Of a stretch of 64,000 nt of DNA, positions 38,601 through 48,500 are shown in pieces (positions within the stretch are counted from its first letter, which is position 1; each line of letters begins with the position of its first letter). The position numbers and the translations under genes were made by a program. The notes beneath the pieces are model-generated. The model was not told where the DNA came from. It did not search any database and saw only the letters and a list, made by a program, of their open reading frames with translations. Origin of the DNA: an uncultured virus (IMG/VR IMGVR_UViG_3300025141_012307) (Duplodnaviria; Heunggongvirae; Uroviricota; Caudoviricetes); IMG/VR virus record IMGVR_UViG_3300025141_012307; one strand, written 5' to 3'.

Positions 38601-38822
38601 GCTGTCTATGATGAAAAGTATTCCAATCAGAGCTTCGCCAACGTTGGATATAGACGCCTCGACCGAGGACAAGAAAATAACCGGGCTGCCTTTATAAAGC
38701 TTAACGAACACTTCCTGCCACGCGCAATGTCTGCTTTATATACTGACATTTCACGCCGAGCAGCGGCTATGGAAAATATTCGGACTGAGAGAAACTCTCT
38801 AGAGAAACTAATTATCGAGTAA
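32697..38822 (+). CDS. Very large (2041 aa) hypothetical virion protein
   Basis: Long ORF inside the baseplate block; no recognised motif. Confidence 0.6.
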   Translation: MALTQAQKNIVNPSARTYSDPENDPTRNGVGYAYDQWRNKFVLNAIHESYISYYEFPAAGMRLFPNHIGERIEPENPLPREQQEQEQEEDQNRLFRLPFQPPNIDLGVQIITDDDLYAYCALHPQNGKVVSSDDGTLSITVLSEEEANEQLNKIYRISDARINYVTNSAPLSFDPDKPEGRYKLIHIDPHHSAEYIAQLRKAIGKEDTPPLATYSSISMASTILAPEITGYISTDANVDLDDWTNNCNPGTETSKTYYSARDQKFYYTKRTRQTSPDYYDLSFYEEDSEDDMERVGFRTVKGNIERALFTGVKEILLSVGKFSHENRKSILNSRPKKAYFLSNLDIRPTSRWTFSVQIDREVIDNLGGVDNMSYEEEELTVLQKAEVLMNPEKTVIAHHETYVFDDLLQYLRSTRILLEGYVTSMSEEGVYSLPFGSPEDRTPEPSDRSGMFYLDDEIARIGAIPDVLSTFLSYNKRTITEDTVLEFFFNSKYKLLYICADGELLTRGLGNTDFVKLGEDRQFGTILNAFGFMTSTTFSYLRHARTIHREYSSSGQDSTGMANGEQWTTFLPKYTYPQIDIDPETIKIVNEENSLLNKRKKLLFERISKIASVPPHQAELLYQRKVTDKNWVRTRVTELVKGANCDTAQAQLANDVVGFWNALNEKQNVRALIRETIILMKREIKNDALILGMSNHDVLDGTERLNRSLDLDPSKQPGEGWAEQTAGLWSNEQNGNQAFIRKEIENLINSQITCALDVFGDVIQDGILNPIGAPPEINSLVRSGVNDLPLKVKLKKVPTISAKGDMSEVYGKVIETMIQQMLKSLLAGIARDLLRASLGCGPNPSQDQQLDNLLKRHDYGYSLLSEHTEGLNLRQIAVDSGLVTLPENMLPVNLREEINNLTRRREEALDDIEETLDRDQNVPQRSYDFVDRLTQQIAEKQSILEQGAQGLTEAIPPTPQQMKSFLRDISMMCTPAELQQLLFGEADNLLYELIYETVTNGEVKIKTGEKPDVNGDMEPTYYIVRPVVYKSLTKTKDIIRTFFQNVGNAMMPDDMSGVDDMSFQSPLEAYCSGKEPDLSPLKLRVSMEQLQTQYVQVIDSRINKINTLCEFLQSLNQIEEYINEMLNWIPVMDWYDAILQLLADSSNSFVDFITSLFAKWFDEAPPRALAKVDNFYSTRMGAELFFQIRDNLKSFNTFEVITLDSTMSPPVERDDFYDPDDGQTFYVLGGPQGTYPNANFQHLGVPFLSRDTPTNVVIEYLNPNMSYVFEASPMQPGASLRRLPLPYIEPHNYQQFYDEAEYASRTAPWAYRQALWPGFNSGHYPRTDSQQLEYGSDILEKISNTAWKNQPYTGFVSPIFVSARNLLRGGYDFYGINVGVDTPEYEKLASWAPEIGTLGRLWLDGDVESNLDSGQPLTGDNSPLVYGHAYAGWTNDDTYTPIFIGSGNMPSINNRQVKELLNKYFLGLFGREDPRAPWAAFANWKMSPEKALDQTYYTDIGKRRLPQYIGAINRDPLKVLDDRCVTHDDIKKATAIVKTVQTRVQKLFLNAMPIVRIYTGWNTISTKKIVCDYLSRSITQELTDRALMGLVYQNLHIVEKVFADEPDNNFSFSRDSLPKDNFYELVEAIYVGMLNNISKYSEYEWANTNTYSYYSTEYVTKHGKDNETLTRYGIALNLFFREMKENLENDQATYGLEPEEIPTTVSLIDRIINSPDGIKSVGHYYFPLGVLTAAQIIYYDYSINSAGRYSQTNYRLQLEAAGADDALLTAYRGVTTRQFSEPFRNFPQTVKEYTGESEITYYNSIEVRRRLELLKSKATIASFGGQFGAINYSVDQLVNMSFLDFQERIVPYVELWMRENDGTIEGLSRGNLPGLTDLDDAAATELIEKGWYNIIARYPIGPPPGGGGYTYYNDVYKWIFGDWDRNQRGDPNRVILAESSGYLDINKDIVPGIFTPKQYFEEFGRFYNAVYDEKYSNQSFANVGYRRLDRGQENNRAAFIKLNEHFLPRAMSALYTDISRRAAAMENIRTERNSLEKLIIE

Positions 38823-39226
38823 TGAGTAAAAGACAGGGTATATCCCCACAAGTACCATTGGTGTACGATTATGTAGACGGGCCTTATCGACTTAATAAGA
38901 CGATTGGGCAGACCCTTAAGCAAAATTTTAAAAATCTAATCCTCACTAGTCCTGGCGAGAGAATAATGGAGCCAGAGTTTGGCGTTGGGCTCCGACGATT
39001 TCTGTTTGAGAACATCGACGGTGATATAATGGCTGATATTGTTTCTCGGATAAAAGAACAAACTGGGACGTATATCCCTGCCATAAATTTAGTTTCTATT
39101 GATTTTATCACTAGTGATGAAGATGCAACATTAGCCACAAACCAGATCACAGTAGCCATAACTTATGATATTTTGCCGGCCAATGCAAGAGATGAGCTAA
39201 AGATTACTTCCACTATGACTAGTTAG
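38822..39226 (+). CDS. Baseplate wedge protein, gp25/GPW-like
   Basis: QNFKNLILTSPGERIMEPEFGVGLRRFLFE. Confidence 0.9.
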   Translation: MSKRQGISPQVPLVYDYVDGPYRLNKTIGQTLKQNFKNLILTSPGERIMEPEFGVGLRRFLFENIDGDIMADIVSRIKEQTGTYIPAINLVSIDFITSDEDATLATNQITVAITYDILPANARDELKITSTMTS

Positions 39227-39244
39227 TACTAAGGAACAATACAC

Positions 39245-41038
39245 ATGGCTAAAAAACCCATTAACTATACTAGTAGGGACTTCCAGTCAATACGTGACGA
39301 TTTAGTAAATTATACAAAACGTTACTACCCAACTACTTTTAAAGATTTTAGTGAAGCTTCCTTCGGCTCATTGATGCTCGATTTAGTATCTTATGTTGGC
39401 GACCAACTGTCATTTTATGCAGACTTCCAGTCTAATGAGACTTTCATAGATTCAGCGATCCGCTACGAGAATGTAAGCCGGCTAGCTGAGACTTTTGGCT
39501 ATAAACATCAAGCCGCTGCCAAATCAACAGGACAGGTTGCATTCTATATTATTATACCAGCAAAAGCTAATGCTCGTGGCCCAAACATAGATTATCTCCC
39601 CATTCTTCAACGAGGGACGGTCTTGTCTTCAAACACTAACAGCGTCTTCACTCTAATAGAAGATGTGGATTTTTCTGCTGAGAATAATGAAGTCACTGTC
39701 GCCCGAGTAGATAGTATAACGGGAAACCCAACATTTTTTGCTGTTAAAGCATTTGGACAAGTAGTTTCAGGGAAAAGATATATGGACACTATGTCTGTCG
39801 GTGACTACCGTCGTTTCCTCCGCCTAGGGCTGTCAAAAGCCAATATTACAGAAATTATGTCTGTGAAAGATTCACAAGGAAACGAATACTACGAAGTAGA
39901 ATATCTATCTCAAGACGTAGTAATGAGTGAGGTTAGAAATACAGCGTCTGATAGGACAGCCGTTCCATATATTATGAGATTGAAACCAGTACCTCGCCGA
40001 TTTGTTGCCCAATATGGAGTAGACGGGACAACTCATATTCAGTTTGGATATGGGTCAGAAGATAATCTTACTGGTGATTTAATAGCTGACCCTGCCGATG
40101 TTGTCTTGGATGTTAACGGAAGAAATTATATTACAGATAAGACTTTTGACCCAACAAACCTTATACAAACAGATAAATTCGGTGTAGTTCCAGTCAACAC
40201 CACTTTGACGGTGGAATATACAGCCAATACAGCCGGAACTGTCAACGCTGCCGTTGGAGCAGTCAGTAGGGCAATTACTCCCGTCTTTAATTTTAGAGAC
40301 CAGGCTAGCCTAGATTCAACATTAGTATCGTCGGTTATTTCCTCCCTGGAGGTGGAAAACGAAGATCCCATCCTAGGAGACACTAGTGTTATTCTGGCAG
40401 ACGAAATCAGGGAGAGGGCATCGAGCGCTTACGCTTCTCAGAACCGTGCTGTTACGAGATCTGACTATATTAGTCTTATTTATCGGATGCCGGCAAAGTT
40501 TGGCAAAGTTAGAAAATGTAATGTCATACGTGATCCCAACTCTCTTAAAAGAAATCTTAATTTGTATATTTTATCCGAAGATACAGACGGAGACCTTGTT
40601 CAGCCAAATCAGAATCTCAAAGAGAATGTTAAGACATGGATTAACCGGTACCGAATGATAAATGATACTATTGACGTTTTGGACGGGAAAGTAATTAATA
40701 TTGGTATTAACTTTAAGATTATAGCAGATTTAGAAACTAATAAGTATGAACTGTTGCAGACATGCACGGATAAGCTAATCCGAAGATTCTTGAATGTTAA
40801 ATTTGATATCGGAGAGGCTGTCTATATCTCTGAGATATACAAACTTTTAAATCAAGTCCCTGGCGTAGTAGATACCACAGATGTAGAATTAGTTAATCAT
40901 GTTGGCGGCGTATATGGAAACTATATTTATAACATTGATTCAAATATGTCAGATGACGGAAGATACTTAGTAATTCCTCAAGATACAGCCGCTCAGATTT
41001 TATTACCTACCACAGATATTGCAGGAGTTATAACTTAA
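39245..41038 (+). CDS. Baseplate wedge subunit, gp6/baseplate J-like
   Basis: YTSRDFQSIR, SYVGDQLSFY, IQFGYG, QNRAVTRSDY; follows gp25. Confidence 0.85.
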   Translation: MAKKPINYTSRDFQSIRDDLVNYTKRYYPTTFKDFSEASFGSLMLDLVSYVGDQLSFYADFQSNETFIDSAIRYENVSRLAETFGYKHQAAAKSTGQVAFYIIIPAKANARGPNIDYLPILQRGTVLSSNTNSVFTLIEDVDFSAENNEVTVARVDSITGNPTFFAVKAFGQVVSGKRYMDTMSVGDYRRFLRLGLSKANITEIMSVKDSQGNEYYEVEYLSQDVVMSEVRNTASDRTAVPYIMRLKPVPRRFVAQYGVDGTTHIQFGYGSEDNLTGDLIADPADVVLDVNGRNYITDKTFDPTNLIQTDKFGVVPVNTTLTVEYTANTAGTVNAAVGAVSRAITPVFNFRDQASLDSTLVSSVISSLEVENEDPILGDTSVILADEIRERASSAYASQNRAVTRSDYISLIYRMPAKFGKVRKCNVIRDPNSLKRNLNLYILSEDTDGDLVQPNQNLKENVKTWINRYRMINDTIDVLDGKVINIGINFKIIADLETNKYELLQTCTDKLIRRFLNVKFDIGEAVYISEIYKLLNQVPGVVDTTDVELVNHVGGVYGNYIYNIDSNMSDDGRYLVIPQDTAAQILLPTTDIAGVIT

Positions 41039-41039
41039 A

Positions 41040-42560
41040 ATGGGTATTAAGAAATACTATGCCTCAAAAGATAATACCATTACAAACGCTTTTAAGGCAG
41101 ATTTAAAGCTTAGAGGAACTGGCTCAAATATGGGCGCATCCGATATTCTCGAAACCTTTGTGATACATGGGCAGACATCTGCATCTATCTCGGTTGCCCC
41201 TTCGGCAGCCAATGCCGCTAACGCCGAACAGAGCAGAATTATCTTACAGTTCCCAATAAATACAATTAGTTCAGATATGACAGCCGGCACATTACCGTCT
41301 GACTCCGGAAGTATCAAATTTTATTTAAATATGTACAACGCCCCTCACGGGAATACTGTACCGCTTAGTTATAGCCTAGATGTCTATATGCTATCTCAGT
41401 CTTGGGACGAGGGCCGCGGGCTTGATATGGATAACTATTCTGATCTAGGTTATTCAAACTGGCTAAGTGCCTCCAGCGCCCTTCGTTGGCAAGAAAAGGG
41501 ATCCACAGCCAGAGAGGGCGGCTCTTATCTTGACTCGCCAACCTCAAGTGTGTTTTTCGAGAGTGGGCTAGAAAATATAAAACATGACGTATCAGAACTT
41601 GTTTATAGCTGGATTAATGGAGCAACAAATTCAGGACTTTTACTGAAGTTCCCAGATAGTATAGTTTCTGGCTCTGATACCATGTATACGAAAATGTTCT
41701 TCGGAAGAACTAGCGAATTTTACAATTATCGCCCAACACTAGAGGCCAGGTGGGACTCTTCTAGAAAAGATAACCGTGGAAGCTTTTTTATTAGTAGTAG
41801 CTTAGTAACCGCAGACAATAATATGAACACTCTTTATCTTTATAACAATGTTCGAGGACAATTACAGAACATTCCTAACCTAACCAATGATAAATTAGAT
41901 GTACGTATATACTCCGGCACAACTTCCCCCTCTGGATCTGAGCTACAGATTCGGAACCATAAGCAAAGTTTAGCGACGGTGACAGAGGCTGGGCTCTTAA
42001 AAGAGAACGGACATATTATCACTGGAATTTATACAGCATCGTTGGCCTCTTCTAGTTCTTTTACGACCCTTTTCGATGTATGGTCAACCGGTTCTGCCGG
42101 AAGCAAAGTCACCTTCTTCACAGGATCTGTAGAACCCTCGTCTGTACAGACTTCAGATATTTTATTCGCTGATGAATATGTAACGACTGTTACTAACCTA
42201 GAAAGTTCCTACTTGAAAGGACAGAAGCCAAAACTGCGAGTTTTTGCTCGGAATAAGAATTGGGATCCCAACATTTATACAGTTGCTTCAAAAAATATAG
42301 TACCAGATATTATAGAAGATGCTTACTATAGAGTTTATCGTGTTGTAGATAATTTAGACATTATCCCTTTCGGGACGGGTAGCGAAAACAATCAATTTTC
42401 TCGTTTATCTTATGATGTTAGTGGAAACTACTTTGAGTTAGATACAAGTTATCTAGAATCCGGATATGCCTATGGAATTCAATTTGTATACTATTTACAA
42501 GGTACTTATGCAGAGCAGCCACAAACGTTTAAATTTAAGATAAAAGAAGAAGATAAATGA
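41040..42560 (+). CDS. Virion structural protein (baseplate/tail region)
   Basis: Beta-rich; SQSWDEGRG and RPTLEARWD segments; dense SGS/TGS motifs. Confidence 0.6.
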   Translation: MGIKKYYASKDNTITNAFKADLKLRGTGSNMGASDILETFVIHGQTSASISVAPSAANAANAEQSRIILQFPINTISSDMTAGTLPSDSGSIKFYLNMYNAPHGNTVPLSYSLDVYMLSQSWDEGRGLDMDNYSDLGYSNWLSASSALRWQEKGSTAREGGSYLDSPTSSVFFESGLENIKHDVSELVYSWINGATNSGLLLKFPDSIVSGSDTMYTKMFFGRTSEFYNYRPTLEARWDSSRKDNRGSFFISSSLVTADNNMNTLYLYNNVRGQLQNIPNLTNDKLDVRIYSGTTSPSGSELQIRNHKQSLATVTEAGLLKENGHIITGIYTASLASSSSFTTLFDVWSTGSAGSKVTFFTGSVEPSSVQTSDILFADEYVTTVTNLESSYLKGQKPKLRVFARNKNWDPNIYTVASKNIVPDIIEDAYYRVYRVVDNLDIIPFGTGSENNQFSRLSYDVSGNYFELDTSYLESGYAYGIQFVYYLQGTYAEQPQTFKFKIKEEDK

Positions 42561-45500
42561 GTGTTAAGAGTCTTTTCCGGAAAAATAAACAAGCTGTAAC
42601 CGTTGGCAAATATCTTAAGTCAAGTGCTCCGAACACTTTAGGTAACGGCATAGAGTCTGATGCTCATTTAAAGGCTAGTCTAACCCGTAGTCTCTACTTC
42701 CTTCCAGATATAGATTATAGTGACCCAGAAAATTTTGTAAAGTTCGGCTCTGCTAAAGAGTATTATAAAAATGCTTTTTCATATATTGCCAATTATTATC
42801 CGTATGATGGTTCGTTCCTGGAAAAAACTAAGTTTTATAATGATTTAGCCCCTATTGAAAAGTATGTTCTTGAAGAGATTTATCCCCGATCAACGGGCTA
42901 CATTACGAATGGTGCGAATTACGGAGTAATAACTACAGATCCTTCTGGATATTATTCCTCGTCAATAGAACAATTTGTTCGTATTAAGGGCGGGCCACAT
43001 AGCGGGTCAATATACAACGAATCCCAGGGAAGAACTTCTAACCTAGAATTTGGCGGCGTCAGCGGGAGCAGTGTTGAGTTCTTCTTCAAAAAGAATTCCG
43101 TGATTGATAAAGATCGAAGCTCAGAACGACAAGTCATCCTTGATGTTTGGAACGGCGCACCGCTCGCCGATAGTGATTATGGGCGTATGCGAATTGAGAT
43201 AGCTTCTGGTTCAAGCGGAGAAGATAAGTTTCTTGTCACGTTAAGATCGGGATCAAACGGCTTTGTCACCGCTTCTGTCCCATCTGCGGGAAATATTTCT
43301 ATATCTGATGGAACCTGGCGCAACTTTGGGTTTGTATTTAATACTTCTGGATCAACTCCGACTATAGATTTTTATACTAACGGGGAATGTATAGAAACAG
43401 TAACTACCGGATCCGGAGTCATTAGCTCTGTCACTGGTACAATGATCGCAACTCTTGGTGCCCTACAAACCGATGTCGAGACTGTTGCCGGGGTCGGACA
43501 AGGCTACGGAAAACTGTCTGCCTCTTTAGATGAATTCCGTTTTTGGAAATCGGCAAGGAACGCTCAAGAAATTGGACGTTGGTGGTTTGACGATGTCGGC
43601 GGAGGGTCTAACAAATACAGTGCGAACGTAGATCTAGGAGTTTATTTAAGATTTAACGAGGGCATTACCCAAACAGCTAGTGTTGATAGGGTTTTATTAG
43701 ACTATTCAGGACGACTTTCAAATGGTCATTATTTAGGATATGATGAGACATATAGCCGCAACACCGGTTCGGCAATAAATGATTTGTCTATTAAAAATAT
43801 TGAGGAAATTGCCAGCCCAATTATCAGAACTTCAAATTCTCTTTACCAGACGACCTACACCACCTATGTTAACACAGGAAGCTACTACGACGGCTTAAAC
43901 TCGGCCCGCTTGCTCAACCATCTTCCGGCTTGGATTATTGAAGAGGAAGAGGACGGTGCAAATGAAATACTCAGTCTTACTCAGATTATTGCAAGCTACT
44001 TCGACACAATTTATAATCAGATTACCGCCCTAAAGAACATTAAACACATGAACTATAATAGCGGCAGTTTGTCTGCTTCTATGAATGAGTTTCCGTTTAA
44101 TGATAGGCTTGTCGAGAGCATGGGTATTGAGACCCCAGAAATCTTTGCAAATATTGGAACGCTTCAACAGTTCCTGAAGAGAGATGAACAGATAGTTTTT
44201 GATCAGAATTTAAAGGATATAAAAAATTCAATATACAAAAACATCTATAATAATATTAATTTCATTCTTAAGTCCAAGGGTAATGAAAAGTCAATAAGAA
44301 ACTTTATTCGATGCTTAGGTGTTGGTGAAGAAATAATTTCCCTAAACACATATTCAAACAATTCAGACTTTAAATTAGCTTCGTCGTATAAGACAGATTC
44401 AAGTGAAAAGAAGTATGTAGATTTCTCTGCACTTCAAGATGTTGATGCAGCCTCTGCTACAGTATATCAGTATTATGATTCGACTAATTCTAATTCTGTA
44501 GGCGTGATTAGCGGATCAACGGATCTGCAAGACTTTGTCTTCTCCTTACAATCAGAAGTAGTTTTCCCAAATAAACAAAACTATCAACTTCTTTCTCATC
44601 GTCTTCCCACTGTCATTTCTTCGTCTCTGTTTGGTTTCCATACACCTCTTGATTCGACTGCTTCTTCAGTTGATTTAACCTGGGCATCTGCACCAAATGA
44701 TTATGGACTCCAAGTTTATGCAGTTAAGAGTCCGGGAGAATACCCAGCCGTTTATGAACCTGCCGGCAGAGTTATGGATGCATTCTTTCTTGTAAAGGAT
44801 CGAGCCGGCACAACACTATTAACAAGTAGTATATTCAACAACGTATACGATAATCAGCGATGGAACTTTACTTTATCTTTGCGCCCAAAGAAGTGGCCAT
44901 TTAATGATGGGGTTCTAGGAGCATCCGTAGCTACTGATGGATATACTCTGCAATTACATGGTGTTAACTGTGATAACGGTGTTGCGAAGACAGAATTTAG
45001 TACAGAAGAAGGAATAGCTTACGCCACTGGGCAGTCAATTATAGAGTCTTCAAAGAGAATTTATGCCGGCGCACATCGTACAAACTATACCGGCAGCCTT
45101 TTAACTTACGCAGATTCTAAAATTTCAAGCGTTCGTTACTGGACAGATTATTTACCAACTGGGAGCCTGGTTAACCAGGCCCTGGAAGCAGACTCTTATG
45201 GTCGAACTAATCCTTCCCGTAATGCTTATTCTTTCCAGACAAACGCTCCGAACGCTTATATTCCACAAATTCAGACACTTGCTTTAGATTGGGACTTTAC
45301 AAATATTACTGGCAGCAATGCTAGCGGACAGTTTAGTGTTGTTGATTTTTCTTCTGGGTCAATCGCCGGAGAATATGATTCAGACTATCAAGGAACGATG
45401 TTAAGTTCTATAAACTTACGTCAACACACCGGGCGCGGCGACTTCTTTAAGGCTAGTTCTACTCCGGTTCGGAAAGAGTACGTTTACACAAACAAACTCC

Positions 45501-48500
45501 AGGGCCCAGAATATATTAGCAGCGAGGACATGATTCGGGTATTATCATCAGACGACGAAGCCTTCGGGGTGAATATCCGCCCAGAGAACTTCTATTTTGC
45601 AGTTGAGCGCAGCCTATATCGGAGCATTTCCAACCGGATGTTGCACCTTTTCGCCTCAATCGATGAATTCAATAATCTTATCGGCGAACCAGTTAATAAA
45701 TTCCGACTCAATTATAAACGCATGGAGAAGATGCGGGAAATATTTTTCCGGAAAGTAAATAATAACACTATAGATATTGACAAATATGTAAAGTATTATA
45801 AATGGCTCGACGACGCCATGTCGGAGATGATTCAGCAGCTTCTTCCGGGTTCTGCTCGCTATGCTCCAAATGTTCGGAATGTTGTCGAGAGTCACGTATT
45901 AGAACGACCCAAGATTCAGTATGGTTTCCCGCTCTTAAAAGACCGGTCAAATTTTGGAGAAGGAATTCTAGGCCCCGCCGGTAACGCTGGCGGCGCGCCT
46001 GTAGACTTAGGACTAGAGGGCGACCCTCACGATGCAGTTGTTTATCCTCCTGTCGTTCCGCCCGCTCCAAGAGACACTCCGGGCGGTATTAGACCAATTG
46101 ACCCGCCTCCAATACCAAATCGAGTTATTCCTAGCCCAATCCCGAGATCCCCAGGCGGAGCAGGACTTGGCGGCGGAATAAACCCAAGAGTTCCAAATTA
46201 TAGTTGGCGGTATAATCATGCCCCTGTCAATAATTTACAGTCGCATAACGCAACTTGGTGGCAACTAAGCGCTGAACGATATAGCAATGTCTTGTCCGGC
46301 CCCGGTACACTAATTTATAGCCGCCAATCTATCCAGAAAGCGCTCCAGAGAGAGGTTGATTCAAAAAGAACAGTTAGCTTCGGAATGAGCTTTTCTGGAG
46401 ATTATAGCTCGGGGGCAAATCAGGCAAAGAACAAGAAGTATAAAATAACAGGAGTAACCTTTGACTCCTTTGAAGAGCAGCCAGATATTGTTGATTCACC
46501 TGTCCCCGACGAAAAGAAGCGAGTTAGTTTCCGGGCTACAATTGGCGGACAATCATTTAACGGCGAGCAGATGACGCCCTTTACTGCGCTAAGCACAACA
46601 ATAACCGCGGGCTATAATGCCTATTTAGCATCAGTTGGGCTGCCGAATGTAGACCTTACGAATATGCATCAGGATGTGGTTCAACCAGAGGGCGGCTCTT
46701 CTCCTTTACAGGGTCCATTCACTAGACGCTATGTCGGCGGCACTGAAGCACGCCATAACGCAGCGTTTAGAACAGCAGATCGAACAGAGGAATACAATTT
46801 ATCGATTTCCGCGGGCGTAGGCACGATCTCGTCGGTATCGCCAACTTCTGCCCCCAAAGGACAGTACCTAAGGGGATTGGCAGCCAAACGGCCGGTAAAC
46901 CTTAAAAATATTCAAACATCAGTAACAAACCACTCGGTTACTTCTGGGGTTCGTCAAATCGGAAACTTTGAACGCAACTATGAAGTCGTCCTAGGTAACA
47001 ACAGAGCAGACACAAATATCGACTTTGTTTTTAACACAGATCAATATGATGTTTCCATGCCTTCGGCGTTTATAACAACCCCTTCAATGCGCTCAAATAA
47101 TGCTACAGGGTCTGCTGATTATGCTGCACCTCGACAAAGACCAGCCCGCCGCACAACCCAGACCATTATAGTCAACACTTTCGCAGCACCTGGCTCAAAG
47201 CTTGATTCTAAACAGCAATTTAGGGATGTGAACTCAAATCAGTACTCTCCTAATAACGCGTTGCCTTTCCGTAATATTCCAGTACGCACATCTCTTAATA
47301 CTCGTTTGTCTGCGCATACTCTATTTGGCGGCTATGAATCAGGAGACCCAACAACTCCTTCGGTTCACAAGGCTCCAAGCAACCAGACTAGAAGACTTCA
47401 GATTTCTACAACTTCTCCTTTGGCTTATATAACTGGCACCTTTTACGACAATGCTTTTGTTACCCGGCCTATTCCAGCCGGTGATAGCACACAGTGGTTT
47501 ATGGCGCTCTCCGGATCAAACACTGGGCTCTATAGCGACTATATCCTGTCTGGAAATCGGTACCCTAATGATATACCAGTCCCAGTAACTTCTTTTGACT
47601 CTGACCCTTCTTTCGGCAAAGCGATCTATACTTCCTCTGCTGGGAAATATGAATTTATCTGGGGTCATGACCCTGAGATAGCACCATGGACACAATTAAG
47701 AGAGGGATCAACAAATCAGGGATCGTACTTTAGACGAAATAACATATTTGAACTTCCCCCAACTCGTCGTTATAAAATTACAATTCCGTCACCACCTTCT
47801 GAAGTTACGTACGGCGGTGGCACAACGAGCAGACAAACTACAGACCGAGCAGGAAATACTTTAGGATATTACTATTCCCAGAGGTTTAAGGAAACGCCCT
47901 TGACATCTCGGTATAAGCCCCTTCGTCACGTTGTTCGGACTCCCTTAGGAACTCCTTCAAGAACCGGGCAAACGCTTACAACTCTAGGTATGAAATATAG
48001 CTATGGAAACTCTTTAATGGGGTTTGCTAACCGTGAGTTAAACCGTGAAATTCAAGGAAGACTAAAATTTTCGCACGGACAAATAAAAAGACCATATGAG
48101 ATAATGAGAGACCAAAGAGTCTCAAACCTTCCAGAGTATGTAAACGGGTTAAACCTGATTAAGATATTCGAATATTCTGAAACAATCTACCCAAAAGAAA
48201 TATACACTTATCTTTCGGGCACCCGCGCAAGATTCTCTTTTGTAAATGATTTCTGGAAGGATAACTCTACTCTACCTGGGGGTTCACCCGCTCCGTTAGC
48301 ATCTTATGTGAGCCTTCGAACTCCATCTATAAAGAATTACTATAACCGCCAAATGCCTAGGCAAACAGGGGATTATGTCACTTCACAGGGTTATACTATC
48401 CTAGCAAAAGAGCAGACGCCCTACAACACGCTAGACCCAAGCTACCCAGAGGCAATAGGTAACGGTTCGGCTTCTATGTGGCCATTGGATACCTACCTGT

